Assembly: GCA_965603825.1 (NCBI GenBank)
Contig: CBFDEM010000044.1
Location: forward strand, 1 to 64,000
DNA length: 64,000 bases
Reading direction: 5' to 3'
Origin: Blepharisma stoltei ATCC 30299
Taxonomy: Eukaryota > Protista > Ciliophora
Shown here piece by piece: positions 1 through 11,201 of this stretch (the stretch's first letter is position 1; every line of letters starts with the position of its first letter). A program made the position numbers and the translations under genes. Below the pieces are notes generated by a model. The model was not told where the DNA came from, ran no database searches, and worked only from the letters and a program-made list of their open reading frames with translations.

Positions 1-2935
1 ACCCTAACACCCTAACACACCTAACACCCTAAACACCCTAACACCCTAACACCCAAACACCCCTAACACCCTAACACCTAACACCCTAACACCCTAACAC
101 CCTAACACCTAACACCCTAACACCCTAACACCCTAACACCTACTACACCCTAACACCCAAACACCCAAACACCCTAACACCCTAACACCCTAACACCCTA
201 ACACCCTAACACCCTAACACCCACCCTAACACCCTAACACCCTAACACCCTAACACCCTAACACCTAACACCCTAACACCCTAACACCCTAACCACCCTA
301 ACACCCTAACACCCTAACACCCTAACACCCTAACACCCTAACACCCTAACACCCTAACACCACCCTAACACCCTAACACCCTAACACCCTAACACCCTAA
401 CACCCTAACACCCTAACACCCTAACACCCAACACCCTAACACCCTAACACCCTAACACCCTAACACCCTAACACCCTAACACCCTAACACCCCTAACACC
501 CTAACACCCTAACACCCTAACACCCTAACACCCTAACACCCTAACCCTAACACCCTAACACCCTAACACCCTAACACCCTAACACCCCTAACACCCTAAC
601 ACCCTAACACCCTAACACCCTAACACCCTAACACCCTAACACCCTAACACCCTAACACCCTAACACCCTAACACCCCTAACACCCTAACACCCTAACACC
701 CTAACACCTAACACCCTAACACCCTAACACCCTAACACCCTAACACCCTAACACCCTAACACCCTAACACCCTAACACCCTAACACCCTAACACCCTAAC
801 ACCCTAACACCCTAACACCCTAACACCCTAACACACCTAACACCCTAACACCCTACCCTAACACCCTAACACCCTAACACCCTAACACCCTAACACCCTA
901 ACACCCTAACACCCTAACACCCTAACACCCTAACACCCTAACACCCTAACACCCTAACACCCTAACACCCTAACACCCTAACACCCTAACACCCTAACAC
1001 CCTAACACCCTAACACACCCTAACACCCTAACACCCTAACACCCTAACACCCTAACACCCTAACACCCTAACACCCTAACACCCTAACACCCTAACACCC
1101 TAACACCCTAACACCCTAACACCCTAACACCCTAAACACCCTAACACCCTAACACCCTAACACCCTAACACCCTAACCACCCCTAACACCCTAACACCCT
1201 AACACCCTAACACCCTAACACCCTAACACCCTAACACCCTAACACCCTAACACCCTAACACCCTAACACCCTAACACCCTAACACCCTAACACCCTAACA
1301 CCCTAACACCCTAACACCCTAACACCCTAACACCCTAACACCCTAACACCCTAACACCCTAACACCCTAACACCCTAACACCCTAACACCCTAACACCCT
1401 AACACCCTAACACCCTAACACCCTAACACCCTAACACCCTAACACCCTAACACCCTAACACCCTAACACCCCTAACACCCTAACACCCTAAACACCCTAA
1501 CACCCTAACACCCTAACACCCTAACACCCTAACACCCTAACACCCTAACACCCTAACACCCTAACACCCTAACACCCTAACACCCTAACACCCTAACACC
1601 CTAACACCCTAACACCCTAACACCCTAACACCCTAACACCCTAACACCCTAACACCCTAACACCCTAACACCCTAACACCCTAACACCCTAACACCCTAA
1701 CACCCTAACACCCTAACACCCTAACACCCTAACACCCTAACACCCTAACACCCTAACACCTAACACCCTAACACCCTAACACCCTAACACCCTAACACCC
1801 TAACACCCTAACACCCTAACACCCTAACACCCTAACACCCTAACACCCTAACACCCTAACACCCTAACACCCTAACACCCCTAACACCCTAACACCCTAA
1901 CACCCTAACACCCTAACACCCTAACACCCTAACACCCTAACACCCTAACACCCTAACACCCTAACACCCTAACACCCTAACACCCTAACACCCTAACACC
2001 CTAACACCACCCTAACACCCTAACACCCTAACACCCTAACACCCTAACACCCTAACACCCTAACACCCTAACACCCTAACACCCTAACACCCTAACACCC
2101 TAACACCCTAACACCCTAACACCCTAACACCCTAAACACCCTAACACCCTAACACCCTAACACCCTAACACCCTAACACCCTAACACCCTAACACCCTAA
2201 CACCCTAACACCCTAACACCCTAACACCCTAACACCCTAACACCCTAACACCCTAACCCCTAACACCCTAACACCCTAACACCCTAACACCCTAACACCC
2301 TAACACCCTAACACCCTAACACCCTAACACCCTAACACCCTAACACCCTAACACCCTAACACCCTAACACCCTAACACCCTAACACCCTAACACCCTAAC
2401 ACCCTAACACCCTAACACCCTAACACCCTAACACCCCTAACACCCTAACACCCTAACACCCTAACACCCTAACACCCTAACACCCTAACACCCTAACACC
2501 CTAACACCCTAACACCCTAACACCCTAACACCCTAACACCCTAACACCCTAACACCCTACACCCTAACACCCTAACACCCTAACACCCTAACACCCTAAC
2601 ACCCTAACACCCTAACACCCTAACACCCTAACACCCTAACACCCTAACACCCTAACACCCTAACACCCTAACACCCTAACACCCTAACACCCTAACACCC
2701 TAACACACCCACACACACACACACACCCTAACACCCTAACACCCTAACACCCTAACACCCTAACACCCTAACACCCTAACACCCTAACACCCTAACACCC
2801 TAACACCCTAACACCCTAACACCCTAACACCCTAACACCCTAACACCCTAACACCCTAACACCCTAACACCCTAACACCCTAACACCCTAACACCCTAAC
2901 ACCCTAACACCCTAACACCCTAACACCCTAACACC
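1..2935 (+). repeat. Telomere, (CCCTAACA)n C-strand; left chromosome end
   Basis: Continuous 8-bp repeat from base 1 to ...CCCTAACACC|GAGTT at 2935. CCCTAACA is the heterotrich (Stentor/Blepharisma) telomere unit. Scattered indel variants, more frequent distally. Confidence 0.98.
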
Positions 2936-3090
2936 GAGTTTTATGGTAATGGTGTAATTTTATAATGCCACTGCTTATTAAGATATCACCTGATAAAAAG
3001 AGTGGCCTTACTAATTTATTTAAAGGAGTATCATGAAGCTTAATGCCCTCTGCAAAATAAATGGCACTTTTTCTCTTGCATTTTCTAAAT

Positions 3091-3909
3091 ATAGAAACTG
3101 TCAGAAGAGACAGCTGCCCGCTCGCTGCCAAAATCCTTGAAAAAGTCTTAAGAACCCTTTTTGAAAGAGATATTTCAGCTGTTTATAATATTATGCAACG
3201 AGTGAAATCAGATCTTAACAGGAAAGGCTAGGCTTATTGACCTCATTTTCCATCAAAAAGTTTCATCAGATCCTACAAGAATCCACCTCCAGCAGCCATT
3301 GTTGCCAAACGGAAAGAAGAAAATGACGAAATGGCCAAGCCTATATGAGGAGAAAGGGTTGGATATGTAGTAATTTGTGGTCCTCCTGGCGATACACTGT
3401 CTTCCCAAGTGGTAAGTCCTGAAGACTACTTATTATCACATTAATTATGCATATTATATTGAAAAAAAATAAATGTCATCCTTAATCGATCACTCAGCGC
3501 TGTTGGGATTGATGTTAATGCTTGATACCAGAGATTTCCTCAAAAAAGATGAAATGCAGTGCTGCATACCGGTAAGCCTTTAAAGCCTATTGGTAGAAAT
3601 TGATCCACTAGACTTGATAAATATTACCAATCAGCACATTGCTTGATATGCAGAACTCAGTCCAGTCTTGATGTATGTGAATCTTGCTCTAGTGACACTA
3701 TGAAAGAAAGACTAGCACTAATGGAGGCTTTCAAAAAGCAAGAAAAAAAGCTGTTGAGCCTTAAAGAGGTTTGTAGATCCTGCACTGGATGTGTAGGGGA
3801 AATTGAATGGATTTCTTTAGACTGCCCAATATATTTGGAAAAATTGAAAGTAAAGAAAGGGATTGAAGTAAAATTTGGTAAAATCCTAAAGAATAATAAG
3901 AGGAATTAA
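3091..3909 (+). pseudogene. REV3: Decayed 3' fragment of DNA polymerase zeta catalytic subunit
   Basis: Motifs IETVRRDSCP, EW(UGA)NQILTGK, PPAAIVA..GERVGYVV..GPPG, INYAYYI, GIDVNAW(UGA)Y and C-terminal CxxC..CxxC / CxxC..SLDCP clusters. About 4 frameshifts, in-frame TAG at 3229 and TAA at 3442, and no 5' part of the gene. Confidence 0.8.
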
Positions 3910-3973
3910 GGAAATTTCTTAATTAAAGTTTAAAACAATTGCATGAATAAATAAATGAAAATTTAAAATACAA

Positions 3974-5992
3974 ATGGAAAACGACCAAAAGTCTGTTGAT
4001 GGAGAAAGCAGTGCTGAAGAAGGTTGCAAGGCTTTTGAAGAAAGTGATTCTGAAGAAGCAGCTCCAAAAAAAAGTAAAAAAAAAGCTAGAAAAATCATAA
4101 TGAACGTGGCGCTGACTAAATACTTAGTAGTGAAGAAAGCAGCCACAAAATACTTTGGATGAAAGCTGACTAAAACTGAATGTGACGAAGATTGAGATGT
4201 ATTCTGGACCGATAGCGCTGTAGAGCCTGACAAGTTGGCGAGAATGAAACTCTATCAAAAAATCAATCACTTTCCAGGCATGTATGCGCTAGCAAGAAAA
4301 AATCATCTTGCAAAGAATCTAAACAGATTGAGAAAATCTCTCCCCAAAGATTTTAAGTTTTTCCCTCGCACGTGGCTGGTGCCAGCAGAGTTTTCTGACT
4401 TAAGGCAGTACTCAAGCCAAAAGAAAAATAAAGTTTTCATCGTAAAGCCAGAAGCAAGTTGCCAAGGAAGAGGAATTTTTCTAACAAAAAAATTTGACGA
4501 CTTTACTTTAGACGATCGGTATGTTGTTCAAGAATACTTAAAGCGTCCCTATCTTATTGATGGGCTTAAGTTCGACCTAAGGATCTATGTGCTTGTGGCT
4601 GGATGTGACCCATTAAAAATTTTCCTTCACAAAGAAGGCCTTGCAAGATTTGCAACGGAGCCTTATATACAGCCAAACAGCAGTAATATGTCAAAACCCT
4701 GCATGCATCTTACGAACTACGCAGTGAATAAAAATAACGAAAACTTTATTTTCAATGAAGACCCAGAAAATGATGATGTGGGACATAAGAGAAGTCTATC
4801 CTCAGTGTTTGCATACCTTGAAGAAAAAGGCCATGACATAAATAAGCTCTGAGCAGATATTAAACAGTTGATAAATAAAACCCTTTGTTCAGTCCAGCCA
4901 TCACTGGCACATACTTATAAAGCTTGTCAGCCAGATGACCCCTACAACGGAATGTGCTTTGAGTTGTTAGGGTTAGATGTAATCCTGGATAAGAAACTGA
5001 AGCCATGGCTGCTAGAAGTTAACCATTCTCCTTCATTTTCAACTGATTCTCCTTTGGATTGGAAAATAAAGTATGAAGTGATCACAGAAGCCCTCACCTT
5101 GCTCAATGTTTCTTACAATAACCGTATTCGGGTTGAAAATAAGCAAAAACAAGATGTCCTGAAAAGATCAACGGGAAAGAAGAATGAAGTCGTTAAAGAA
5201 GACAAGCTCCAAGAAATTGCCAAAGCGCAGCAGCTAAGAGATAAGTGAGAAACAAAACACCTAGGAGGGTATACCAAAATCTTTCCATGCGAAAACATGG
5301 ATAAGTTTAACCATATTCTAGAAGTCGCAAAAGAAATTTATGAAGAATGGACAGGCGCTTCGAAAACTAAAAAGGAAAATATTAAGCATGAACTTCCCTT
5401 GCCGAAGCCTACAACAGATATTAGGGCACATGTGAAATCTGCTAACAGCAAGTCAGTCCGCAGCATATCAATGGCAGTAACAAAGGAGGAAAACAAGAAA
5501 ATCCACACTAAAGCCAATCTTTCAGGAGTTTATGAGAGATTATCTAACAATCAAAGAAAGCTGAAGCCTGAAAACGTCTCTTTCAGTCAGCCGTATCAGC
5601 CATTGATACATTTAGACAGTAACTATACAACGACGCCTTCTTCTGAAGCTGTTCTAGAGCTTTGCATCCAAAATATTCAGATTCAAAAGCCAAAAAACAG
5701 TAGCAAATCTAAGGACTCTTCTCCGAAACATTTAAAGCTAGAAGAGATCCTAAAAGAAAAAAGATCTTTGGAGACAATGAAGCGAAACTGGATGGTAAAA
5801 AACCGATGCCCACTTACAATTCACTCTTTTGTGTCAAAAACCGACGAAGATGTGTCTTTTTCGTAAAATTCATATAGATCGGGGAATTTCTTTATTCCCA
5901 GAAGCATAACATCTTTAGGCGAAACTCGAAAGCCTAGCATTTATTTGCCAAAAAGTGAATATATTAGAAGGATAAAGGCTCTTGGGCTTTAA
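3974..5992 (+). CDS. Tubulin polyglutamylase, TTLL6/TTLL13-like; one 15-nt intron (5863-5877)
   Basis: ORFs 3974, 4235, 4868 and 5297 share a frame and are joined by UGA at 4160, 4193, 4850 and 5246. Motifs QKINHFPGM, FFPRTW, KPEASCQGRGI, KFDLRIY, MHLTNYAVN and LLEVNHSPSF. Splicing extends the frame to TAA at 5990-5992; without it the gene ends at 5866. Confidence 0.9.
5863..5877 (+). other. 15-nt spliceosomal intron GTAAAATTCATATAG
   Basis: GT..TAG, 15 nt, A at position 10. Contains an in-frame TAA; removal adds about 37 codons. Confidence 0.75.
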
Positions 5993-6058
5993 CATTCGTG
6001 TAAATATAAAATCTCCAAATTTATGATTAGATTATTTCAATAAAATGTCTATTAGCTT

Positions 6059-7423
6059 TTATTTTTTCCTTTTCTTTTTCTTCGTAGACTTAGGTCCAAG
6101 GAGTTTTTCAACCTTATCAGTAGCTTCAATTTTTCTTATTGAAGTTGAGTACTCAGCAAGCGCCATAGTCAAATCTCAGTTTTTGCTCCTCTCTATTTCG
6201 CTCATATTTTTTTCAATGTTTTTCAGCTCATCAACTTCATGTTTCAAGCAGTAAATCACCTGGTTGCTATCTTCTTTGCATTTATTTCTATAGATATAAG
6301 GAAAAACTAAGCTTACACACTCAATGATCTTTTTTATTTGTCCATCATTGCCAATCAGATTGATAGAAAGCACTCCTGAGTCACTTATCAAAGAATAAAG
6401 CTTCTGTAAGAAGCTTTGATCTACAAAAATCATTGGAGGTGTGGGCTCACCTGGTAATGCAATGCAGATGTCAAGCAAAATCAAGTCATAAATATTATTG
6501 CTGGCCTCCACAAAATTTAAGGCATCTTGTATAATAATCTGAAGCCTATTGTCATTTGGGACCCCAAAAAACCTTTTACAGACATCAATAAGCTCTCCAT
6601 TCAGATCTACAGCTGTTATTTCAAAATTAGGAAAATGCTTGAGGAAAAATGTAGGGAGCACACATCCTCCTGCTCCCAAAATTAAAATTCTGCTAATTTC
6701 ATTAAGCGCCTTGCTTAAATTAAATGCTAAAGATACTAAAAATGCCCTCTGGCACTCAAAGGTAAGAAAGTCATAATCAGGCTCAATTTTATTTCCCCAT
6801 TTCACTGCGCATGATCCTACAGAGAATAAAGAATTCTCAGAATCCTCAACACATTTGAGACGAATTTCAGACTGGATTAGCTTAGGGTTTGATAAAAAGA
6901 TAAGTTGCCTCTTATAAGTATCTCCATCGCCAATGTCTTCAACAATCATATCATGTATTCTATACACTAATGACTTTTCTCCAGTTTCCTCAGAGGTCAT
7001 GAATGGAATCTCTGAATTTAATCACAGCGGAGGGACAAATTTTAGTGCTGCTTCGGTGAATTGATATTGAAGTGCTCCGATATTCTCTTCGCTAAATAAA
7101 TCTGATAGAGAAATAAGCAGTAGCCTTGAAACTTCAGCCTGAGATAGGATTTCGTCTTGGCCCTCATGTGTTGTGTATTGTCATGAATTTTCTAGTCCTA
7201 ATGGAATAATAAAAGCACCATAGGAATTTTGAGATAGCATTTCGTTGCCAATAGAGTCCATCAATTTCATCTGGCAAATTGGGGAGATTTCTGAGATGGC
7301 TTCATAAATAAACATGTCTAATCTCTGTCCATGTGAAAGGGGAATAAAAGAATTTTGGGAGAGAATTCCTGGAAGACTGATAACTCAGCCATTGGAAAGC
7401 TTAATGATAGCACTATGTTCCAT
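6059..7423 (-). CDS. SAM-dependent methyltransferase of spermidine-synthase-like fold, similar to the METTL13 C-terminal (eEF1A N-terminal methyltransferase) domain
   Basis: ATG at 7423 is in frame with ORF 6176..7000 through UGAs; the frame ends at TAA 6059. Motifs AFIIPLG..SW(UGA)QYTTHEG, RQLIFLSNPKLIQSE, ILILGAGGCVLP, VDL, IQDALNFV and YDLILLD. Confidence 0.8.
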
Positions 7424-7604
7424 TTATTTAAAACATTATTTATTATGCTGTGCAGGAGTCGATATAGCCTTTCTTTAAATTTTATAAGAATTGATTATAT
7501 AAGTCAGTCATTATATAAAATTAGCTTTACTTATAATAAGATCCTTGTCTTAAATATTTAAATTAATACTAGAAAAATAAATGTAAAGGATTTATATTTA
7601 CAGT

Positions 7605-10334
7605 TTATTCTTCCGATGGGGTTGGCGGACTTGTATCTCCAGATATTGAGGATACTGAAATTATAATTGGAGAGCGAAATTTCTTATGCAGAGGAGACCC
7701 TGCAAGCTTCAGCACTCTAGGTTTGCGTGAAATAATTGTTTGTTCAGCAAGATACTTGAACCGTTCCATGTGCTCTGTTGATAGAGTTCTTTTTTTCCCT
7801 TTTTTTGCACATACCCCCGATGAAGGAATTCCAGTAGTTTCCTGAAGTTCCATATAAATTTCAATCCACTTTCCCAAGATCGCATTTAGCCTGTTAACTT
7901 CGGCTTGCTTTCGGGCAAGCTCCTTATTGCAAAGATCTTTGAATTTTTCCAAATAGACTTTCCAGTGATTTTTCTCAAGTTTATAAATTGATAAGTTTTC
8001 TTTCTGGATATTTGCTAGACGAGCAGAAAGTTCTTGATTTTCTTGCATAAGCAGATCATAACTTTTATGAATCTGCTGATGGTAAATTGTTTGGATCTGC
8101 AAATCACTTTCAAGGTTTCTCAGCTTGAACGTGTCAACCTGAATTTCTGTAAACCTGCCGTTGTCTTCACAGTTTGAATCAAAATTCTGCGAATTTTGTC
8201 TCTTAAAAGTGTTCATTTGATGCAGACTTGCTTTAAATGTATTTGCTGGCTTCATTTTTCTAACGAACTTAGGCTTAACAGTTTCATCTCGAGGAGCGCT
8301 TCCAGTTTCTATTTTACTTGACAATTCTACGATTTTAATGTTTGTAATGTGCATTTGGTCTATGCAAGCTTCAAGCTGTTTAACTGAATTTTCTAGATGA
8401 CTTATAAGTTTATTCTTCGAGTTTAGTTTTTCTGCTAATATGTTATATTTACATTGCACATCATAGTATATTCTGAGCAATTCGCAATTTGCTAAGCCAG
8501 ATTGAATCAATTGAGTTTTTAACTGGTAAATTGTAGTCTCATTACTGACTGGGCAACCATCTACTAAGGCTTCTTGCAAAGCTTTAGTGAAATTTTTATC
8601 TGATTTTAATATATCATCAAAAGGAGTTTCTATTGTTTCTTCTACTTCTGATACTAGTGTTTTATAAGGATCATCAATTGAGCTAAGTGCATCATCACTA
8701 GTCCTAGGCGAGATATCTGAATAGTCTGACTCAGTTATAATCTGGCCTGCAGCAATCTTTTTTAGCAGATGATCCATTCTCTGGCTAGATTTCTGCAGAT
8801 AAAATTCGAGCATTTCAATTGTGTTTTTCAGGTTCATATTTTCATCTTTATAATACTGCATTGAGTTCGCTTCATTATTCTGCTTTAGCAAGAGCTTTTG
8901 GTACATCTCATAATGCTGATTTATTTGAATTTCTGCCTGAACTCGCTTTCTTTTTTCATGACTCAGTTCTTCTTCAAGCTCTTTTATTGTTTTCGTAAGG
9001 CTCTTATTTTCTTCTTGCAAGGCACCATAGTCACTGCTGTAGTAGCCTTCTGCAAGATTTGAAAAAGTTGTGCCTTTTTCAACATAGGAAACACATGAAC
9101 TATCGTTTTCTGAGTGCGGTGAAAGAGACATCTCGTCCACATTAGGAGAGGAACAGCTTTGGACAATAAGACAATTTGATTTCATCAATATGTCATTTTC
9201 ATGCTCGTCTAAAAGCTTTTTGTTTTCTTCTTTCAGGCTTTGGATCTTATGTCCAAGTTCCTTAATAATATGATTGTAAGCTGAAGGAGATTTTTTAATG
9301 TTGAGTTTCACATTATTTTTTATATTTTTGACTCTTTGTGCAAACCTAAGAGAGTTGATTGTTACTTCAACATTTCGAGGGTCAGGGTTACAGTTGACGA
9401 TAAGCGTGGTTTTGTAGTTTCCTCCGAGGGATTCTTGAAGAAGCCTTGTCAGTTTAGAGTCCCTATAGGGAATAAAATCTGCTTTGCTTGAAAGAGCATT
9501 AATGACATTCCCCAGACAACTCAATGATAAGTTTATTTTTTTAGCTTCTTCCAGTTTGCTTCCAGTAACTCCTGACTCTTTTACTTTTTCAGTTCCAGCA
9601 AGGTCGATAAAATTCATAATCCCTCGCTTCTCTGTATCATCAGGTAATTTTTGATTTACTTCTAAAACAAAAAGCTGGTGGCTTCTTGAGCTCACTTCGT
9701 TTAGCTTGGTTGAAGCCACAGTTCGCTTACTTTCAGCAAGAGCAATTAAATTCATCAGTTCCTCTTCACAGACCACATAAACTTCTTCACGTCCTTGGAC
9801 AAATACACCTTTCCTTGGGTCCTCTTTTATTTTAAGTCTCACGCCTGAGTTTGAAAGGAGATCTCTTAGGCTTTCTTTATAGATTTCAATGATAGAGCAC
9901 TTCAAGGTATACTCTATTTCACATGTTGATTCTTGGAGCTTGCTAAAAATTAAATTGCTTGCTCTTGGGATAATTCCTTTAGTTTCAGGGTCATAGAGAT
10001 CTAAGCCCATCATAGTGTACGATTTGCCTGACCCTGTTTGCCCATAAGCAAAAACAGTGCCATTATAACCTGTCAAAATATCTTCAATTATGGGTTTACC
10101 GACAACCTCAAATATTTCTTCTTGGGAAGAGGTTGGTGGGAAAACGCGGTCTACTGTAAAAGTTTCAGCATTTTCTGGCGACTTTTTTATTTCTATAGTT
10201 GAGGGATTTGGGTAGGTATAAATGTTATTTTCATCATTTTTGAAGGCATCAATTAGTGGCCTGAACCTTGCAATTGCTTTAATTTCTAAGCCTTTGTCTT
10301 CCCTAGTAGTTTGCGTAGAACTTTTTCTACTCAT
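7605..10334 (-). CDS. Kinesin A: N-terminal kinesin-1-like motor plus coiled coil; intact, 909 aa
   Basis: Uninterrupted ORF with FAYGQTGSGKS, SSRSH, DLAGTE and IPYRDSKLTRLLQESLGGN. Confidence 0.95.
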   Translation of the reverse strand: MSRKSSTQTTREDKGLEIKAIARFRPLIDAFKNDENNIYTYPNPSTIEIKKSPENAETFTVDRVFPPTSSQEEIFEVVGKPIIEDILTGYNGTVFAYGQTGSGKSYTMMGLDLYDPETKGIIPRASNLIFSKLQESTCEIEYTLKCSIIEIYKESLRDLLSNSGVRLKIKEDPRKGVFVQGREEVYVVCEEELMNLIALAESKRTVASTKLNEVSSRSHQLFVLEVNQKLPDDTEKRGIMNFIDLAGTEKVKESGVTGSKLEEAKKINLSLSCLGNVINALSSKADFIPYRDSKLTRLLQESLGGNYKTTLIVNCNPDPRNVEVTINSLRFAQRVKNIKNNVKLNIKKSPSAYNHIIKELGHKIQSLKEENKKLLDEHENDILMKSNCLIVQSCSSPNVDEMSLSPHSENDSSCVSYVEKGTTFSNLAEGYYSSDYGALQEENKSLTKTIKELEEELSHEKRKRVQAEIQINQHYEMYQKLLLKQNNEANSMQYYKDENMNLKNTIEMLEFYLQKSSQRMDHLLKKIAAGQIITESDYSDISPRTSDDALSSIDDPYKTLVSEVEETIETPFDDILKSDKNFTKALQEALVDGCPVSNETTIYQLKTQLIQSGLANCELLRIYYDVQCKYNILAEKLNSKNKLISHLENSVKQLEACIDQMHITNIKIVELSSKIETGSAPRDETVKPKFVRKMKPANTFKASLHQMNTFKRQNSQNFDSNCEDNGRFTEIQVDTFKLRNLESDLQIQTIYHQQIHKSYDLLMQENQELSARLANIQKENLSIYKLEKNHWKVYLEKFKDLCNKELARKQAEVNRLNAILGKWIEIYMELQETTGIPSSGVCAKKGKKRTLSTEHMERFKYLAEQTIISRKPRVLKLAGSPLHKKFRSPIIISVSSISGDTSPPTPSEE

Positions 10335-11201
10335 TTTATAGTTAATTATTAAAAAAATATATTTAACATTTCATATTGGGATTGCTTTTATTTTTTTTAT
10401 TCCAGTAAGTATTATTTTTAAGGCTTTAAATAATTAGCAGCTGGAAATTTCTCTGCCTTAGTTTACCATAAGCTTATCTGATGCCAAAGAGTGTAAAAAA
10501 GATGTATAATAATATTTTATTTATACTTGAGAAAATGTGCAAGATGCTTCTGTATAAGATAATTTATTTAGAACTTTAATTTATTTTGTACTTAAGCTAA
10601 GATAAAAAAACAATTATCTCGCCTTTTAACTATAGATTATTAAGTGGTAGTCAGTTATACAAAATTGTACACTTACACGGTTCCGCATGGTTATCTACAC
10701 ATTTGAACGATTCCATATAAGGAATACTGCTTCATCACGTGGAATAAATTCTCTACATGTAGAACTCGGCAAAAAATATACTCAAAAAAGAATAATAATT
10801 TTAAGACTCTCTCCAAATCTTTACATTTAGCACATGAAAACTTATGAAATGCAAGCCTATACCATTTCATACGGAATACTCAATCTGTCTTTTTTTCTAT
10901 AAAAATATAATAATTATTATAGTTTTTTAAGTCTAGATTCATCAGTAATTGTCAATAATTTAGTATAAGTCAAGATTATACCATCTCAGATAAGAATCCT
11001 TCATTTAAGCCTAAAAAAAGGCACGAATTATAGTCTGGTTTGCTAAAAATTAAAGGCCTGCTCAAAGATATTCGATTTTATCAAAGTCTCAGATACATAT
11101 TTTTCATTTTATGTATCTTAACTGAATCTATTTACCAATTAGCAAAAGCAATGCTATTATTTAAGAGTAAAAATTATATATAAAGTTTTTATATTGACAG
11201 T

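Noticed and set aside
1-2935. CRISPR array or satellite DNA
   Set aside because: No spacers; it is a terminal 8-bp telomeric unit in a eukaryotic context.
2928-3131. 67-aa minus-strand ORF ending in the telomere
   Set aside because: Non-ATG start, partly antisense to the REV3 remnant, and its stop is supplied by the telomere repeat.
3572-3585. GTAAGCCTTTAAAG as an intron in the REV3 fragment
   Set aside because: It is 14 nt long, and the frame reads through it correctly to the Cys clusters.
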